Of a stretch of 64,000 nt of DNA, positions 26,729-37,464 are shown piece by piece. This DNA is from Candidatus Poriferihabitaceae bacterium. GTDB lineage: Bacteria; Pseudomonadota; Gammaproteobacteria; Arenicellales; Poriferihabitantaceae. The notes below the pieces were generated by a model. It saw only the letters and a program-made list of their open reading frames with translations. It was not told where the DNA came from and made no database searches. The stretch lies in the NCBI GenBank assembly GCA_965249035.1, contig CBDFKV010000006.1, positions 153,609 to 217,608 of the forward strand, read 5' to 3'. Numbering within the stretch: the stretch's first letter is position 1; the number at the start of each line of letters is the position of its first letter. A program made the position numbers and the translations under genes.

Positions 26729-27802
26729 TCAGCACCGGGCAATTTCGCGCAAAACGGAAGTCGCAAAGGCACCCGATTGTAAAATAAATCGTAGCTCCAG
26801 TGCACCATCCAGCCACTGCCAAGATAAATCTCCCACCATCAATCGAAATGCACGCCGCATCGGCTTCATGCCAACACTGCATAAGCCAGCAACTAATTCT
26901 GGCTCTTGCTCCAAAATCTTAGTTTCTATCGCCAACGCATCGGACTGAGTAACCGGCTCACCTTTACCTACCAAAGGCCCCGCTGGGTGGACATCGAACT
27001 CCCTCACCCGCCTTTCTAACTCACTATCCACTTGATCTGCGATAAAGAAACTTTGGCTGCCAACCAACTGCATTGCATCACCAATCAGCGCCCTATTCCA
27101 ATTTCCTGCCTTAATTCGTTCAGATAACACCTGATTAAACAACCAGGAACGGGCAGCCGACAAAACCATCCCGCGTGAATCACGCCTCAACTTCAGATCA
27201 CCTGCAAACATCCGGCGCGCATTGGAAAGGTTCTTGCCCGCGCGACCAAATCGTTGCGGCCCGAAATAATTGGGGACGCCTTCGGCGCCAATTCGCCGCA
27301 AAGTCCTTTCGATGATTGCTTCATCTCCGCTGATCTCACGTAATACAATAGTGAACTGATTACTTCGATGCGTACCTCGACGTAGCTTTCGTTCATGTTT
27401 CATCGCTCGTATAACTCGACATTGGCTATTGCCAATCTTCGTCCCATCAAGCTTCGTCCAATCGATCGGCACTTTAGCTGCCACACTAAACCACTGCGTA
27501 GTAACTGCACGCTTGTCTTTCATGCCACTAAAGCCGATATCCGCCACTCGCACACCGGAGTGCTTAGCTATTTCACGCGCAACATCTTGGGTGTTGGTAT
27601 CGACCTTCTCTATATACAGCCAGTCGTGCTCGCCTTCACCGCTGGGCTCAAAACCCATTATTTCTTGCACACGAAAGTCTTCACAGACGGTGCGGATAAC
27701 TCCACTAGCAACAGGCTCATCAACAAACGCTAGCGTTTGCCACGCTGCATCGAAGCACGTAACCTTACAATCAGCATCAAGTTGTTGCTTGGAATTAGCC
27801 AT
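26729..27802 (-). CDS. truD: tRNA pseudouridine(13) synthase
   Basis: 357 aa with GMKDKRAVTTQWFS (catalytic Asp motif) and NYFGPQRFG. Confidence 0.9.
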   Translation of the reverse strand: MANSKQQLDADCKVTCFDAAWQTLAFVDEPVASGVIRTVCEDFRVQEIMGFEPSGEGEHDWLYIEKVDTNTQDVAREIAKHSGVRVADIGFSGMKDKRAVTTQWFSVAAKVPIDWTKLDGTKIGNSQCRVIRAMKHERKLRRGTHRSNQFTIVLREISGDEAIIERTLRRIGAEGVPNYFGPQRFGRAGKNLSNARRMFAGDLKLRRDSRGMVLSAARSWLFNQVLSERIKAGNWNRALIGDAMQLVGSQSFFIADQVDSELERRVREFDVHPAGPLVGKGEPVTQSDALAIETKILEQEPELVAGLCSVGMKPMRRAFRLMVGDLSWQWLDGALELRFILQSGAFATSVLREIARC

Positions 27803-27875
27803 TCACTCTATTAGTCAGTAGAATCCGCCGCGAAGATACCACAATCAACTCTAGATAGAGCCTCGACCAAGCAAT

Positions 27876-28688
27876 ATGAGCAACACCTTTCTGATTGAGC
27901 CTGAAGCATTGCAAAAGATGCTTGCCAGTGACCAAAACAACCGCATCATCATTGATCTGGGAAAAGCCGAAAGCTACCAACAACACCACATAACTGGCGC
28001 AATCAATCTCGACTACGCGCACATCGTATCGGGTACGTTTCCGGCGCCAGGTTTATTACCGCCGCTGGACAGGTTAAATGCACTGATGAGCGCACTGGGC
28101 ATCAGCCCTGAGACCGAGGTCATTGTTTACGACGACGAAGGCAATGGCAAAGCTGCACGGTTTTTGTGGACCCTCGATGCGATCAACCATAGTAATTATC
28201 GCTTATTGAATGGTGGCATTCACAGCTGGTTGAACCAAGGCTACCCAACTGAAACCACCGCCCACCGCCCCCAAGCCAAAGACGTGATGGTAGCTATTAA
28301 TCGAGATGTTGCGGTAGATAAGACCGAAGTACTGAGTCAGATTGATAACCCAAACACGGTCATTTTGGATACCCGCAGCAAAGCAGAATACTTGGGGCAG
28401 CGCGGCGGCGGCTTGCGCAAAGGCCATATCCCCGGTGCGATTCACTTTGACTGGCTGGATGCGATTGATCGCAGTAATCAGCTACGGTTTGTCGCAGACG
28501 ACCCGCTGCGCCAATGGTTTACTGACCTGGGAGTGACGCCCGATAAAACCATCATCACCTATTGCTACACCCATCATCGTGCTTCACATACCTATATGGT
28601 GTTGAAGCACTTGGGTTATCAAAACCTTAAGGGCTACGCTGGCTCGTGGTCAGAATGGGGAAATGATCCAGATATGCCAGTTGAGTAG
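27876..28688 (+). CDS. tandem-rhodanese sulfurtransferase (thiosulfate/3-mercaptopyruvate type)
   Basis: 270 aa with two rhodanese repeats and the active-site loop CYTHHRAS in the C-terminal repeat. Confidence 0.75.
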   Translation: MSNTFLIEPEALQKMLASDQNNRIIIDLGKAESYQQHHITGAINLDYAHIVSGTFPAPGLLPPLDRLNALMSALGISPETEVIVYDDEGNGKAARFLWTLDAINHSNYRLLNGGIHSWLNQGYPTETTAHRPQAKDVMVAINRDVAVDKTEVLSQIDNPNTVILDTRSKAEYLGQRGGGLRKGHIPGAIHFDWLDAIDRSNQLRFVADDPLRQWFTDLGVTPDKTIITYCYTHHRASHTYMVLKHLGYQNLKGYAGSWSEWGNDPDMPVE

Positions 28689-28720
28689 ACGCTTTCGATA
28701 GCGTCTGCGAATAAGCCAAT

Positions 28721-29371
28721 CTACCCCGATAGCAGACCACTATTGGCAATCCCATCAAAAATAAATTGAACCGCCAATGCAGCTAGCACTACACCCATAA
28801 TGCGGTTAATCACATTTAACCCCGTCGCACCTAACACCTTCTGAATAGGTGTTGCCAGCAGCATGCAAATCAATGTCAGCAACATAATCGCTAGCAATGC
28901 AGCCACCAAAGCACCTTCAGCTATCACATCGCCCCGTGAATTAGCATGCAGCAGAATAACCAAGCCAATCGCACCCGGCCCGGCCATCAACGGCATGGCC
29001 AACGGAAAAACCGATAAATCATCGCGCTCCAGTGCTTCTTCCTGTTCTTCATCGGTGGTCGACACACTGCCCGAATGGCGCGCAGTGACTAAATCAATAC
29101 TCATAATCAATAATAAAATGCCCCCTGCGGTCCGCAAGGCAGGCAGGGATATCCCCATGTATTTAAAGAAAAACTCGCCACCAAATAGAGAAACCAATAA
29201 TAAGCAGGTCGCAATGAGGGTCGATTTAAACGCCAGCGCCCGCTTTTCTTTGGCTGAATAGTGCGGCGTAATACTGGAATAAATCATCCCCACACCAATC
29301 GGACCAACCACCGTGAATAAAGACGCAAACGCAATCGCTCCGGCACTTAAGAACTCTGCAAATAACTCCAT
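28721..29371 (-). CDS. MarC-family (UPF0056) integral membrane protein
   Basis: 216 aa, six TM segments, characteristic acidic central loop (STTDEEQEEALERDDLSVFPLAMPLMAGPG). Confidence 0.75.
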   Translation of the reverse strand: MELFAEFLSAGAIAFASLFTVVGPIGVGMIYSSITPHYSAKEKRALAFKSTLIATCLLLVSLFGGEFFFKYMGISLPALRTAGGILLLIMSIDLVTARHSGSVSTTDEEQEEALERDDLSVFPLAMPLMAGPGAIGLVILLHANSRGDVIAEGALVAALLAIMLLTLICMLLATPIQKVLGATGLNVINRIMGVVLAALAVQFIFDGIANSGLLSG

Positions 29372-29399
29372 TAATCAGCCCCTAAATCAATCCTTAACA

Positions 29400-31589
29400 T
29401 CAATGCGCTTTGTGGCGGCGCCGAGTAGGCGGCTTGCGGTCATGGGCTTCAGCGCGAGCGTGTTGGGTGCGAGCCGATGTATAACCATTGTCTCGCTCTG
29501 TATCTAAATGCCTTTTTGCCCGATGCTGATTACGCGTCGCCGCAGGAATCAAGGCTTCGGCACCACGACCGATTAAATCTTCACGCCCCATATTACGTAA
29601 GGCTTGTCGTAAAATCGGCCAGTTTCTGGGGTCATGGAATCGCAAAAATGCCTTATGCAAGCGGCGTCGGGTCAGCCCTTTAACCGTTTCGATTTGTTCC
29701 GTGTCACGCCGAACTCGACCTAGCGGGTTATAGCCGGTGTGGTACATCGCCGTTGCTATCGCCAGCGGAGTGGGTAAAAACGCTTGCACTTGATCTGGTC
29801 GGAACTTGTTTTTCTTTAGCCACAACGCCAAATTCAGCATGTCTTCGTCGGTAGTTCCGGGATGTGCTGCAATAAAATAAGGAATCAGATACTGCTCTTT
29901 ACCGGCTTGTTTGGAGTAGCGATCAAACAAGGTTTTAAAACGATCATACGCCCCAATGCCCGGTTTCATCATTTTATCCAGCGGCCCTGATTCAGTGTGC
30001 TCGGGTGCGATTTTTAAGTAGCCGCCGACATGATGCGTCACCAGCTCTTTCACATATTCTGGCGACAACACCGCCAAGTCATAGCGCAAGCCAGACGCAA
30101 CCACGACCTTTTTCACCCCTTCAATGGCACGCACCTTACGATACAAATCGATTAAGGGCTGATGGTTAGTATTTAGATTTTTACAGATTTTTGGGTAGAC
30201 GCAAGACAGCCGGCGACAGGTCGCTTCAATCTGCTCACTTTTACAAGCGAGCCGATACATATTGGCGGTTGGCCCACCTAAATCAGAGATAAAGCCAGTA
30301 AACCCGGGCACGTCATCGCGAATCGCCTTCACCTCTTTGACCACCGACTCAGACGAGCGGCTTTGAATAATTCGTCCTTCATGCTCGGTAATTGAACAGA
30401 ACGTGCAGCCACCAAAACAGCCACGCATAATGTTCACTGAAAAACGAATCATCTCCCACGCTGGCACTTTGGCATCACCATAGTCTGGGTGTGGCTGACG
30501 GGTATAAGGAAATTCAAATAAAGGGTCGAATTCAGCCGTTTCAAGTGGGATCGGCGGCGGGTTCAGCCAAACGTCACGATTACCGTGGCGCTGCGCCAAC
30601 GCGCGGGCATTACCAGGATTCGTTTCCAGATGAAATACCCGGGAGGTGTGTGCATACATTACCGGATCGCTCAAAACCTGATCGTAACTCGGCAATCTGA
30701 CAAAAATATTGGGTTTCGGCTTGGTTTCGCCCAAGCTCGGAACGGCAACCGCTTGAGTGTTGTTGGCGCCGGGGTCAACACTGGGATCCGCATTAGCGGA
30801 CTCACTATCATCACTATCGGTGCTGCAACCGGCTGGCTCCGCATAGGGGTCGGGCCGTGGCTCAATCTTGCCCGCCTTATCAATCAAGCTAGAGTCAATC
30901 GACTCCCAGCCTGCGGGTGTCGTGGTACGCATCATGCCGGTCCCGCGCACGTCGGTAATGTCTTTGATTTTCTCGCCCCGAGCAAGGCGGTGCGCTATCT
31001 CTACAATCGCGCGTTCGCCATTGCCAAAAACCAACATATCAGCTTTAGAATCAGGCAATACCGAACGTCTGACCGTTTCTGACCAATAATCAAAGTGTGC
31101 AATTCGCCGCAGGCTGGCTTCGATCCCGCCTATGATGACAGGGACACCTTTATAGGCTTCGCGCACACGCTGTGCGTATACCACCACCGAACGATCCGGC
31201 CGCTTGCCGCCCGCACCATCAGCCGTATAGGCATCATCAGAGCGTATCTTGCGATCCGCGGTATAGCGATTCACCATCGAATCCATATTGCCTGCCGTCA
31301 CCCCAAAAAACAGATTGGGCTTGCCGAGCTTTTGGAAGTCGCTGACATTGCGCCAATCGGGCTGCGAGATAATCCCAACACGAAAACCTTGTGCCTCCAA
31401 CAAGCGACCAATCAAGGCCATGCCGAAGCTAGGATGATCAATATAAGCATCACCCGTCACCAAAATGACATCACAAGAATCCCAGCCAAGTGCGTGCATT
31501 TCTTCCAACGACATCGGCAACACTGGCGCAGTGCCCAGTTTTTTTGCCCAAAACGGCCGATAGGAAAATAAGGGGGTAGCTACAGACAT
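29400..31589 (-). CDS. ygiQ: YgiQ-family radical SAM protein (UPF0313)
   Basis: 729 aa with the CxxxCxxC cluster motif [18 protein letters not shown] and an N-terminal [16 protein letters not shown]. Basic C-terminal tail. Confidence 0.9.
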   Translation of the reverse strand: MSVATPLFSYRPFWAKKLGTAPVLPMSLEEMHALGWDSCDVILVTGDAYIDHPSFGMALIGRLLEAQGFRVGIISQPDWRNVSDFQKLGKPNLFFGVTAGNMDSMVNRYTADRKIRSDDAYTADGAGGKRPDRSVVVYAQRVREAYKGVPVIIGGIEASLRRIAHFDYWSETVRRSVLPDSKADMLVFGNGERAIVEIAHRLARGEKIKDITDVRGTGMMRTTTPAGWESIDSSLIDKAGKIEPRPDPYAEPAGCSTDSDDSESANADPSVDPGANNTQAVAVPSLGETKPKPNIFVRLPSYDQVLSDPVMYAHTSRVFHLETNPGNARALAQRHGNRDVWLNPPPIPLETAEFDPLFEFPYTRQPHPDYGDAKVPAWEMIRFSVNIMRGCFGGCTFCSITEHEGRIIQSRSSESVVKEVKAIRDDVPGFTGFISDLGGPTANMYRLACKSEQIEATCRRLSCVYPKICKNLNTNHQPLIDLYRKVRAIEGVKKVVVASGLRYDLAVLSPEYVKELVTHHVGGYLKIAPEHTESGPLDKMMKPGIGAYDRFKTLFDRYSKQAGKEQYLIPYFIAAHPGTTDEDMLNLALWLKKNKFRPDQVQAFLPTPLAIATAMYHTGYNPLGRVRRDTEQIETVKGLTRRRLHKAFLRFHDPRNWPILRQALRNMGREDLIGRGAEALIPAATRNQHRAKRHLDTERDNGYTSARTQHARAEAHDRKPPTRRRHKAH

Positions 31590-31603
31590 GTATCCTTAGG
31601 CGC

Positions 31604-32626
31604 TCAGCCTTTGAGTAGAACCGCATAACGGCGTGTACTTTCATTGCTCTCTAGCGCGATTAACAGCAGCATGGTGAGCGGAATCGACAAAAACATGCCG
31701 ACTGGGCCAAGAATCCAACCCCAGAATGCCAACGAGACAAAGACTACAAATGACGACAAATTAAGCTTGTCGCCGATGATTCGCGTTTCAACAATTTGCC
31801 CAACGATAATATTGATGGTCACATAACCCGCTAAGGCCCACAAGGCTGAGACCCAGCCGTGATCAATCAAGCCCATTACCACCGGCGCAACCGCAGCTAG
31901 CGCGGAACCGATGTAAGGAATAAAGTTCAGCAAGAATGCAAGAATAGCCCACAACACAATAAAGTCATAGTCCAGCGTCCACAATAAGAGTGCGACACAA
32001 CCAGCAGTGATCGCGCTGGTAACACTTTTAAGCGCCAAATAGTGGATCACGGTATCCACAAAAGTAGTCAGGCGCGGCATATGTTTGTCGGGATCGACAA
32101 ACACCGAACGCAGCTTTTTGGGGAAATGCACCACATCGATCAATAAAAAAAGCACCGCCAGGAAAACAATCAGCGCATTACCGATGACACCGCTTAAGCC
32201 ATTCAGCAGGTGGTTAAACATTTTCATTAAACGATCGGGGCTGAGCACGTTCAGCATATTGATCTCGGGCAAATGCAAATTACGCGTGGCCAGCCACTGA
32301 CTAAAATCCGCGTACATAATGATCAGCTTGGCTTTGTACGACGGCAAGATTTGACTGATTTGGGCTAATGAATCACTCACCCAGCCGATGACCAAAGCAC
32401 CGATCAGGCCGATCACTCCCAGTACAATGATCAGCGCCAACCAATCCGGAACGCGGCGTCGCTGCAGCCAAAACAATGCGGGTGCGCAAATAATCGCCAC
32501 GAAAATTGCCATCAAAAATGGGGCGATCAAACCACTCGCTGCTTTCATACCCCACAAGACGATCACTACCGCCGCTGAAACGATCAGCATGCGGGCGAAG
32601 CCGGTTGATTGATTAAGATCAAACAT
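31604..32626 (-). CDS. AI-2E family transporter (UPF0118/PerM-like)
   Basis: 340 aa, polytopic, with the conserved ...FLLNFIPYIGSALA... segment. Confidence 0.8.
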   Translation of the reverse strand: MFDLNQSTGFARMLIVSAAVVIVLWGMKAASGLIAPFLMAIFVAIICAPALFWLQRRRVPDWLALIIVLGVIGLIGALVIGWVSDSLAQISQILPSYKAKLIIMYADFSQWLATRNLHLPEINMLNVLSPDRLMKMFNHLLNGLSGVIGNALIVFLAVLFLLIDVVHFPKKLRSVFVDPDKHMPRLTTFVDTVIHYLALKSVTSAITAGCVALLLWTLDYDFIVLWAILAFLLNFIPYIGSALAAVAPVVMGLIDHGWVSALWALAGYVTINIIVGQIVETRIIGDKLNLSSFVVFVSLAFWGWILGPVGMFLSIPLTMLLLIALESNESTRRYAVLLKG

Positions 32627-32635
32627 GAAGAGGCC

Positions 32636-33436
32636 TTAAGCGTGCTTTGAGTCTGGCTGGGTATATTCTTCAGCCATCAGCTTGCGGGTATATCTTGACT
32701 GCACCACGTCAACCAATACCAGCACGACGATGACAAAGTAAAACGTAGCTTTACTCATCGGCGTGATGTGATGGCCGAAAAATGATAACTGAGCCAAATG
32801 CCCGCCCTCAGATAGCAGCATTACCCCAACAATCAACAAGATAAACAAACCCAGAACTTCGTATAGCCGATTCTTCTGTAAGAAATCCGCCACCCGATCG
32901 GCCAGCCACACCATCAAAATACCGCCAATAATAATCGCTGTCGCCATTACCGGGAATACGTCAGTCAGGGCAATCGCACTCAAAATGGAATCAAAAGAAA
33001 ATACCGATGTCATCACTGCAATGCTGACCAAGGTCATCGTGAAAGACGATTTGCTGTGCTGCGCATGCGATATATCATCGACCGCCAGCATGTGCATGAT
33101 TTCCTTGACTGCGGTGTACATGATGAATACTCCACCCAGCAGCACGATCACCGCGTGCAGATTAAAGTCCCCTTCCACTACGCCCGTCCAGTTGAGCGAA
33201 AACAAAGAGTTACTGAATAGATCAATCATGCTCATCACTAGGAAAAGCAGAACAATCCTAAAAATCACCGCCAAGGCAATACCCAAGCGACGGAGTTTGA
33301 CTTGCTGGTGCTTGGGCACCCGCTTTGACTCTAAGGTAATGTAGAGCAGATTATCGAAGCCCAGCACTGCCTGCAGCATCGTTAGCATTGCTAGCGTGAA
33401 CAAATTTTCCAGGGTAAATAAAGATTCCATTTTCAA
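32636..33436 (-). CDS. TerC-family integral membrane protein
   Basis: 266 aa with LGFDNLLYI and repeated TerC-type TM pairs. Confidence 0.8.
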   Translation of the reverse strand: MKMESLFTLENLFTLAMLTMLQAVLGFDNLLYITLESKRVPKHQQVKLRRLGIALAVIFRIVLLFLVMSMIDLFSNSLFSLNWTGVVEGDFNLHAVIVLLGGVFIMYTAVKEIMHMLAVDDISHAQHSKSSFTMTLVSIAVMTSVFSFDSILSAIALTDVFPVMATAIIIGGILMVWLADRVADFLQKNRLYEVLGLFILLIVGVMLLSEGGHLAQLSFFGHHITPMSKATFYFVIVVLVLVDVVQSRYTRKLMAEEYTQPDSKHA

Positions 33437-33561
33437 ACGTATACAATGATCAACAGGCGCTGATTATACCGAAACCACGAGACGCAGTTCTTTGATTGAT
33501 TTGTGCGCATAAAGGGTTACAATTTGGGGTTCATTTCAACCATCAGAGTAGGAAGCACAAC

Positions 33562-34032
33562 ATGGGATTATTTGATTTTGCATCTAAAATCGGTAACAAA
33601 CTATTTGGCAAGGATGACGACCCTGCTGAAGCCATTCAAAAACACATAGAGGAAGACAACCCCGGCGTTGATAATCTGGAAATCGTCGTCGATGGTGACG
33701 TCGCCACCGTCAAAGGTAAGGCCAAAGATAAATCGGCGTATGAAAAAGCCATTTTAATGGCTGGCAACGTACTCGGAATTGGCGAAGTTAAAGCTGCTGA
33801 ATTGGAAGTTGAAGCTGCCACACAAACAGAAACTCCCGCAGCTGTAGTAGTCGACGAGACGGTTTACTATACCATCGAAAAAGGTGACACTCTTTGGGCA
33901 ATCTCTAAAAAGTACCTAGGAAATGGCGCAAAATATACTGAGATTTTTGAAGCCAACCGTGAAGTCATCAAAGACCCAGACTTGATCTTCCCAGGGCAGA
34001 AAATTCGCATCCCGAACAGCATTAAACAGTAA
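33562..34032 (+). CDS. BON + LysM domain protein (YgaU/Kbp-like)
   Basis: Start moved to ATG 33562 (MGLFDFASKIGNKLFGK...), preceded by gagtaggaag. BON-like middle region and a C-terminal LysM (YYTIEKGDTLWAISKKYLGNGAKYTEIFEANREVIKDPDLIFPGQKIRIP). Confidence 0.85.
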   Translation: MGLFDFASKIGNKLFGKDDDPAEAIQKHIEEDNPGVDNLEIVVDGDVATVKGKAKDKSAYEKAILMAGNVLGIGEVKAAELEVEAATQTETPAAVVVDETVYYTIEKGDTLWAISKKYLGNGAKYTEIFEANREVIKDPDLIFPGQKIRIPNSIKQ

Positions 34033-34050
34033 TCACCTGATTGATACTTG

Positions 34051-34092
34051 CCAGCGCGCTTGTTTTTTACAATAACGCGCTGGCTGTTTTTT
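34051..34092. terminator. rho-independent terminator between convergent genes
   Basis: Stem ccagcgcg / cgcgctgg (8 bp) with a 17-nt loop, followed by ctgtttttt. Confidence 0.55.
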
Positions 34093-34119
34093 AGAGTATT
34101 CCTTTTTCCCCTGCTCAGA

Positions 34120-34791
34120 CTATTTCAGGAGTTCTCGTAACAGCGGGATCGTCACCTTACGCTTTTCCTTCAAGGATGCAGCATCCAGCCGATTCAAAAT
34201 TTCAAACAAACTGCTGATCTCACGAGTTTCATGAGTCATCAGCCATGAGATCACTTTGGGTGACAATTCAAACCCGCGCATTGCAGCGCGTTGCGCTAAC
34301 GCCTGTGCTTTGCCGTTATCGTCTAAAAGAACCAGCTCAAAAACCTGCGACATATTCAAACGTGACACAAGGTCTGGCAGTTTAATGCCCATGGCAGATG
34401 GTGGGCGCAAGGTAGTCAGTAGCAATACGCCTCGTAGCTGGCGTACCGCCTCAAACCAAGCCAACAATGATTGTTCGGCCTGCTGATCACCAGCGAACCG
34501 ATCGGCATCATCAATTGCAATGACCCCTTTTGCGGCGCTGGATGGTAACGTATCAATGGGATCTTGATAGCAGGTTAAGCCACCGACTCGTGCTGCCTGG
34601 CAAAACGCATTAAGTAAATGGCTCTTTCCCACCCCCTTCGGCCCCCAAAGCACAATGACTTGGCCTCGCTCCGGCGGGAAACCAATGAGTGCCTCTTTCA
34701 GCCAGCTAACAATGGGTGCATTGCCAGCGTCTAAGTAATTATCAAAGCTTGCCTCCACTTCCATTTGTATCGGCAAGACTAACTGACTCAT
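34120..34791 (-). CDS. hda: DnaA regulatory inactivator Hda
   Basis: 223 aa with QLVLPIQ...FDNY at the N-terminus and Walker A GPKGVGKSHLL. Size and layout match Hda. Confidence 0.85.
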   Translation of the reverse strand: MSQLVLPIQMEVEASFDNYLDAGNAPIVSWLKEALIGFPPERGQVIVLWGPKGVGKSHLLNAFCQAARVGGLTCYQDPIDTLPSSAAKGVIAIDDADRFAGDQQAEQSLLAWFEAVRQLRGVLLLTTLRPPSAMGIKLPDLVSRLNMSQVFELVLLDDNGKAQALAQRAAMRGFELSPKVISWLMTHETREISSLFEILNRLDAASLKEKRKVTIPLLRELLK

Positions 34792-34793
34792 AT

Positions 34794-35333
34794 CTAGCTT
34801 TCCTCGTGATGCATGCTGCCTTGCCAGACATACAAAACACCACTGATCAAGCTGGTTGCCGCCACACCATACACCAACCCATCAATCATCCAAGCGACAT
34901 TTAGCCAACCTGCAAGCGCGATTAACACCACCACGACCAAAACGATTTGTAGCAGCGTGTTGAGCTTACTGACTAACATGGGTTTCACAGACGGTTCGTC
35001 GCCCAATGCGACCAACATCCAATACCCACCAACGATGATCAAGTCACGAAAAATAACTATCATCAGCAGCCAAAAAGGCACGAAGCCACCCAGACTGAGC
35101 ATGGTATAAGTACTAATAATCAATAGCTTGTCAGCGATAGGATCTAACATCGCGCCCAACTCACTTTGCAACTGAAAGCGCTTGGCGATGTAACCATCAA
35201 GCCCGTCCGATACGCCAGCAGCGAAAAATACTATCAAGGCAGTCTGATAGTCTGAATTTCTGAGTAGCACCACAATGACTGGCACCATAAGGATACGCAG
35301 CAAAGATAAAATGTTTGGTATTTGTGCAATCAT
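34794..35333 (-). CDS. CDP-alcohol phosphatidyltransferase family protein
   Basis: 179 aa with the motif DGLDGYIAKR...GAMLDPIADK (D-G-x2-A-R...G-x3-D-x3-D). Confidence 0.75.
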   Translation of the reverse strand: MIAQIPNILSLLRILMVPVIVVLLRNSDYQTALIVFFAAGVSDGLDGYIAKRFQLQSELGAMLDPIADKLLIISTYTMLSLGGFVPFWLLMIVIFRDLIIVGGYWMLVALGDEPSVKPMLVSKLNTLLQIVLVVVVLIALAGWLNVAWMIDGLVYGVAATSLISGVLYVWQGSMHHEES

Positions 35334-35546
35334 TACCTAGAAATTCTCATCAAGAGTCGTTCAGCCAGTCGTTACATAACAGCATCGATCAAGAGCTACA
35401 CTTCACTCGCTTAGATTATAGTCGTTCGCAACGCGCTAGCTGCAACGATACCGGCCCGTAACAACCGAACTGATTCATATAGATATCGGTCGGGGTAAGG
35501 TGTTGATGATGTCAAGTGAGCAACATAGAACGAGCTAGATTGATTG

Positions 35547-35691
35547 ATTCATCGACGCCTATTCAACCCAATCAGAGGTGTTCCGCCCGTCGAATATGAA
35601 ACAGGTGCCAACTGAAAACCGAGTCAACTCACGTGGCGTCATTCAAATAAAATTGTCTCCAACCAACCTAGGGTGAATCAGGATTCCTCAG
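35547..35691. repeat. copy 2 of the unclassified dispersed repeat (copy 1 at 1584-1712)
   Basis: See the 1584-1712 feature for the shared colinear blocks. Lies in the 370-bp gap between the phosphatidyltransferase gene and the lipoprotein gene. Confidence 0.5.
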
Positions 35692-35703
35692 CAACGTCAC
35701 TAT

Positions 35704-36297
35704 TTATGAGCCTTTAGCTAATCGGGCAGAATTGATCAAGGCGTTGAATTCATCCTCATAGGTAGAAAAATAGTGTTCTTTGGGCGCATTGCACCGCACC
35801 ATTGATACCCCCTTTTTACCTCTCACCAGCAACACCTTAGATTGATAGGTTAACCCAAAATCAGTATCGTACACAAGACCAAACTTGGCTGCTTCAGTGG
35901 CTCCATCCAGGGCAAATAGTTCGGGAGACACCAGTGCTACGTTAAGCGCTCCTGCCCCTTTGATTGCATCGACGTACAGTTCCAGCAGTGACTCTACACT
36001 TTGCCCTTCTTCAATCATAAAAGACTCGGCCGATTTCTGTGGTAGTACAGCTAGTCCTTTCAAAATTGACTGGCCTTTATTTATCGTGGTTAAAGCAATC
36101 GAATTCAGATGGAAGCCGTCCCTTGTCCAGTAGGTTATGTCTCCCTTAGTAGTTTTCGACCAGCTTCCCGGTGACTCCAACACGATTTGCCCGGACACCA
36201 CCTCGCCTTGCTCGACCAGCTGCATAGTTTCGCAGCCAACCATTAATAAGCTAATACCTAACAGTGCGAGTACTTTATACCATTTATTCACTAACAT
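35704..36297 (-). CDS. hypothetical lipoprotein
   Basis: 197 aa with a lipobox (LLMVG-C). No family recognised. Its start overlaps the upstream M48 gene by 14 nt. Confidence 0.5.
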   Translation of the reverse strand: MLVNKWYKVLALLGISLLMVGCETMQLVEQGEVVSGQIVLESPGSWSKTTKGDITYWTRDGFHLNSIALTTINKGQSILKGLAVLPQKSAESFMIEEGQSVESLLELYVDAIKGAGALNVALVSPELFALDGATEAAKFGLVYDTDFGLTYQSKVLLVRGKKGVSMVRCNAPKEHYFSTYEDEFNALINSARLAKGS

Positions 36298-37462
36298 TTT
36301 CCATCTCCAACAATCGGATTTTTGACTGAACTAAGCTTGAGTCAAAGGCATCCGGAACCTCCGCCAGATAGCGCCTATAAGCGTGAATTGCATCATTTTT
36401 TTTGGATAAATCGCCATACAGTTCTCCCAGGCGTTTATAAGCCACGTAGTTTGGCTTGTCAGCCTTATTTTGCAGATATCCTTGATAATGCTGAATCGCT
36501 TTTTCAGGGTCTGAGTCATCCCCTCGTTTTCGATATAACTCGGCCAAGGCGAAGTCCAGCTGAGATTGTTCATAGCCAGACCGTTTATTGAAATGTATTA
36601 ACAGACGTTCGGTTTCTTCAAATTGTCGTTTAGCCACCTCATCTTTTAGCCACTTGTCGTGATGAGGCTGCACAATGTGATGATAAAGTTGATTGTCACG
36701 TGCGATGGGTGGATTCAAAGACTGTTGCTTAATCGTTTCCACTCGGGTTTCTATGCCTGGATGAGTGGCCAAAAATAACCCTTTATTTTTATCTGGTCCT
36801 TCTTCTATCAATACCGTGGCAAACAGCTGCGCGCCACTAGCCGGGTCACGCTGCATTTGGGTTAAGACTTGGACCGCATACGTATCCGACTCCTCTTCGT
36901 GTTGACGACTGTTCTTAGCCAAAATACCCAAAGTAGCTAAATTACTAAACACGCCATACGGTCCGACTGCAATATTAATAACCGACAAAAGGCCCGCCGC
37001 ATTTTTAGTTTTACGGTACCGTTTCAACGAGTGTTGCTTGACATAATGACCAATTTCGTGAGCTAAAACAAAAGCCAGTTGATTCTCTGAGTTTGCTCGC
37101 AGGAGCAGACCACTCCATACCACCATCGCGCCGTTAGGCATCATATAGGCATTAAAGTGGGGAACTTCATGAACATATACACGAATATCCTTGCAATAGG
37201 ACCCCGCTAACTCACACACCATCTCCTCCAAATATTGAACCAGTTCAGGATCATAAATACGATTAGGTGCTGTTTTTAGCGATTTTTCATGGCGGTCAGA
37301 CACCAATATAAGTCCAGCTGCATCTGTATTATTGGCATGCGTTCCACCCGGTTTAATATCGGCAACAGGAACCGTTTGGCAGCTGCCAAGCAACAGAAAA
37401 CAAAGCAATAAAACAGTACGGCATCCCACACTTGGCGACCAAAGTGAAAGAACTGCTCGCAT
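36284..37462 (-). CDS. M48-family zinc metallopeptidase lipoprotein with C-terminal TPR-like region
   Basis: 392 aa with a lipobox (LLLGS-C), HExxH (LAHEIGHY) and a helical-repeat C-terminal third (...AELYRKRGDDSDPEKAIQHYQGYL...). Confidence 0.8.
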   Translation of the reverse strand: MRAVLSLWSPSVGCRTVLLLCFLLLGSCQTVPVADIKPGGTHANNTDAAGLILVSDRHEKSLKTAPNRIYDPELVQYLEEMVCELAGSYCKDIRVYVHEVPHFNAYMMPNGAMVVWSGLLLRANSENQLAFVLAHEIGHYVKQHSLKRYRKTKNAAGLLSVINIAVGPYGVFSNLATLGILAKNSRQHEEESDTYAVQVLTQMQRDPASGAQLFATVLIEEGPDKNKGLFLATHPGIETRVETIKQQSLNPPIARDNQLYHHIVQPHHDKWLKDEVAKRQFEETERLLIHFNKRSGYEQSQLDFALAELYRKRGDDSDPEKAIQHYQGYLQNKADKPNYVAYKRLGELYGDLSKKNDAIHAYRRYLAEVPDAFDSSLVQSKIRLLEMENVSE

Positions 37463-37464
37463 CT

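Noticed and set aside
33496-33561. N-terminal extensions in the ORF track (33496, 46577, 59312, 25029, 21520, 52730, 49136 starts)
   Set aside because: The extensions start at non-ATG or upstream codons, overlap neighbouring genes or promoters, and precede canonical family N-termini that have better RBS spacing. Starts were moved to 33562, 46442, 59459, 24972, 21508, 52715 and 49121.
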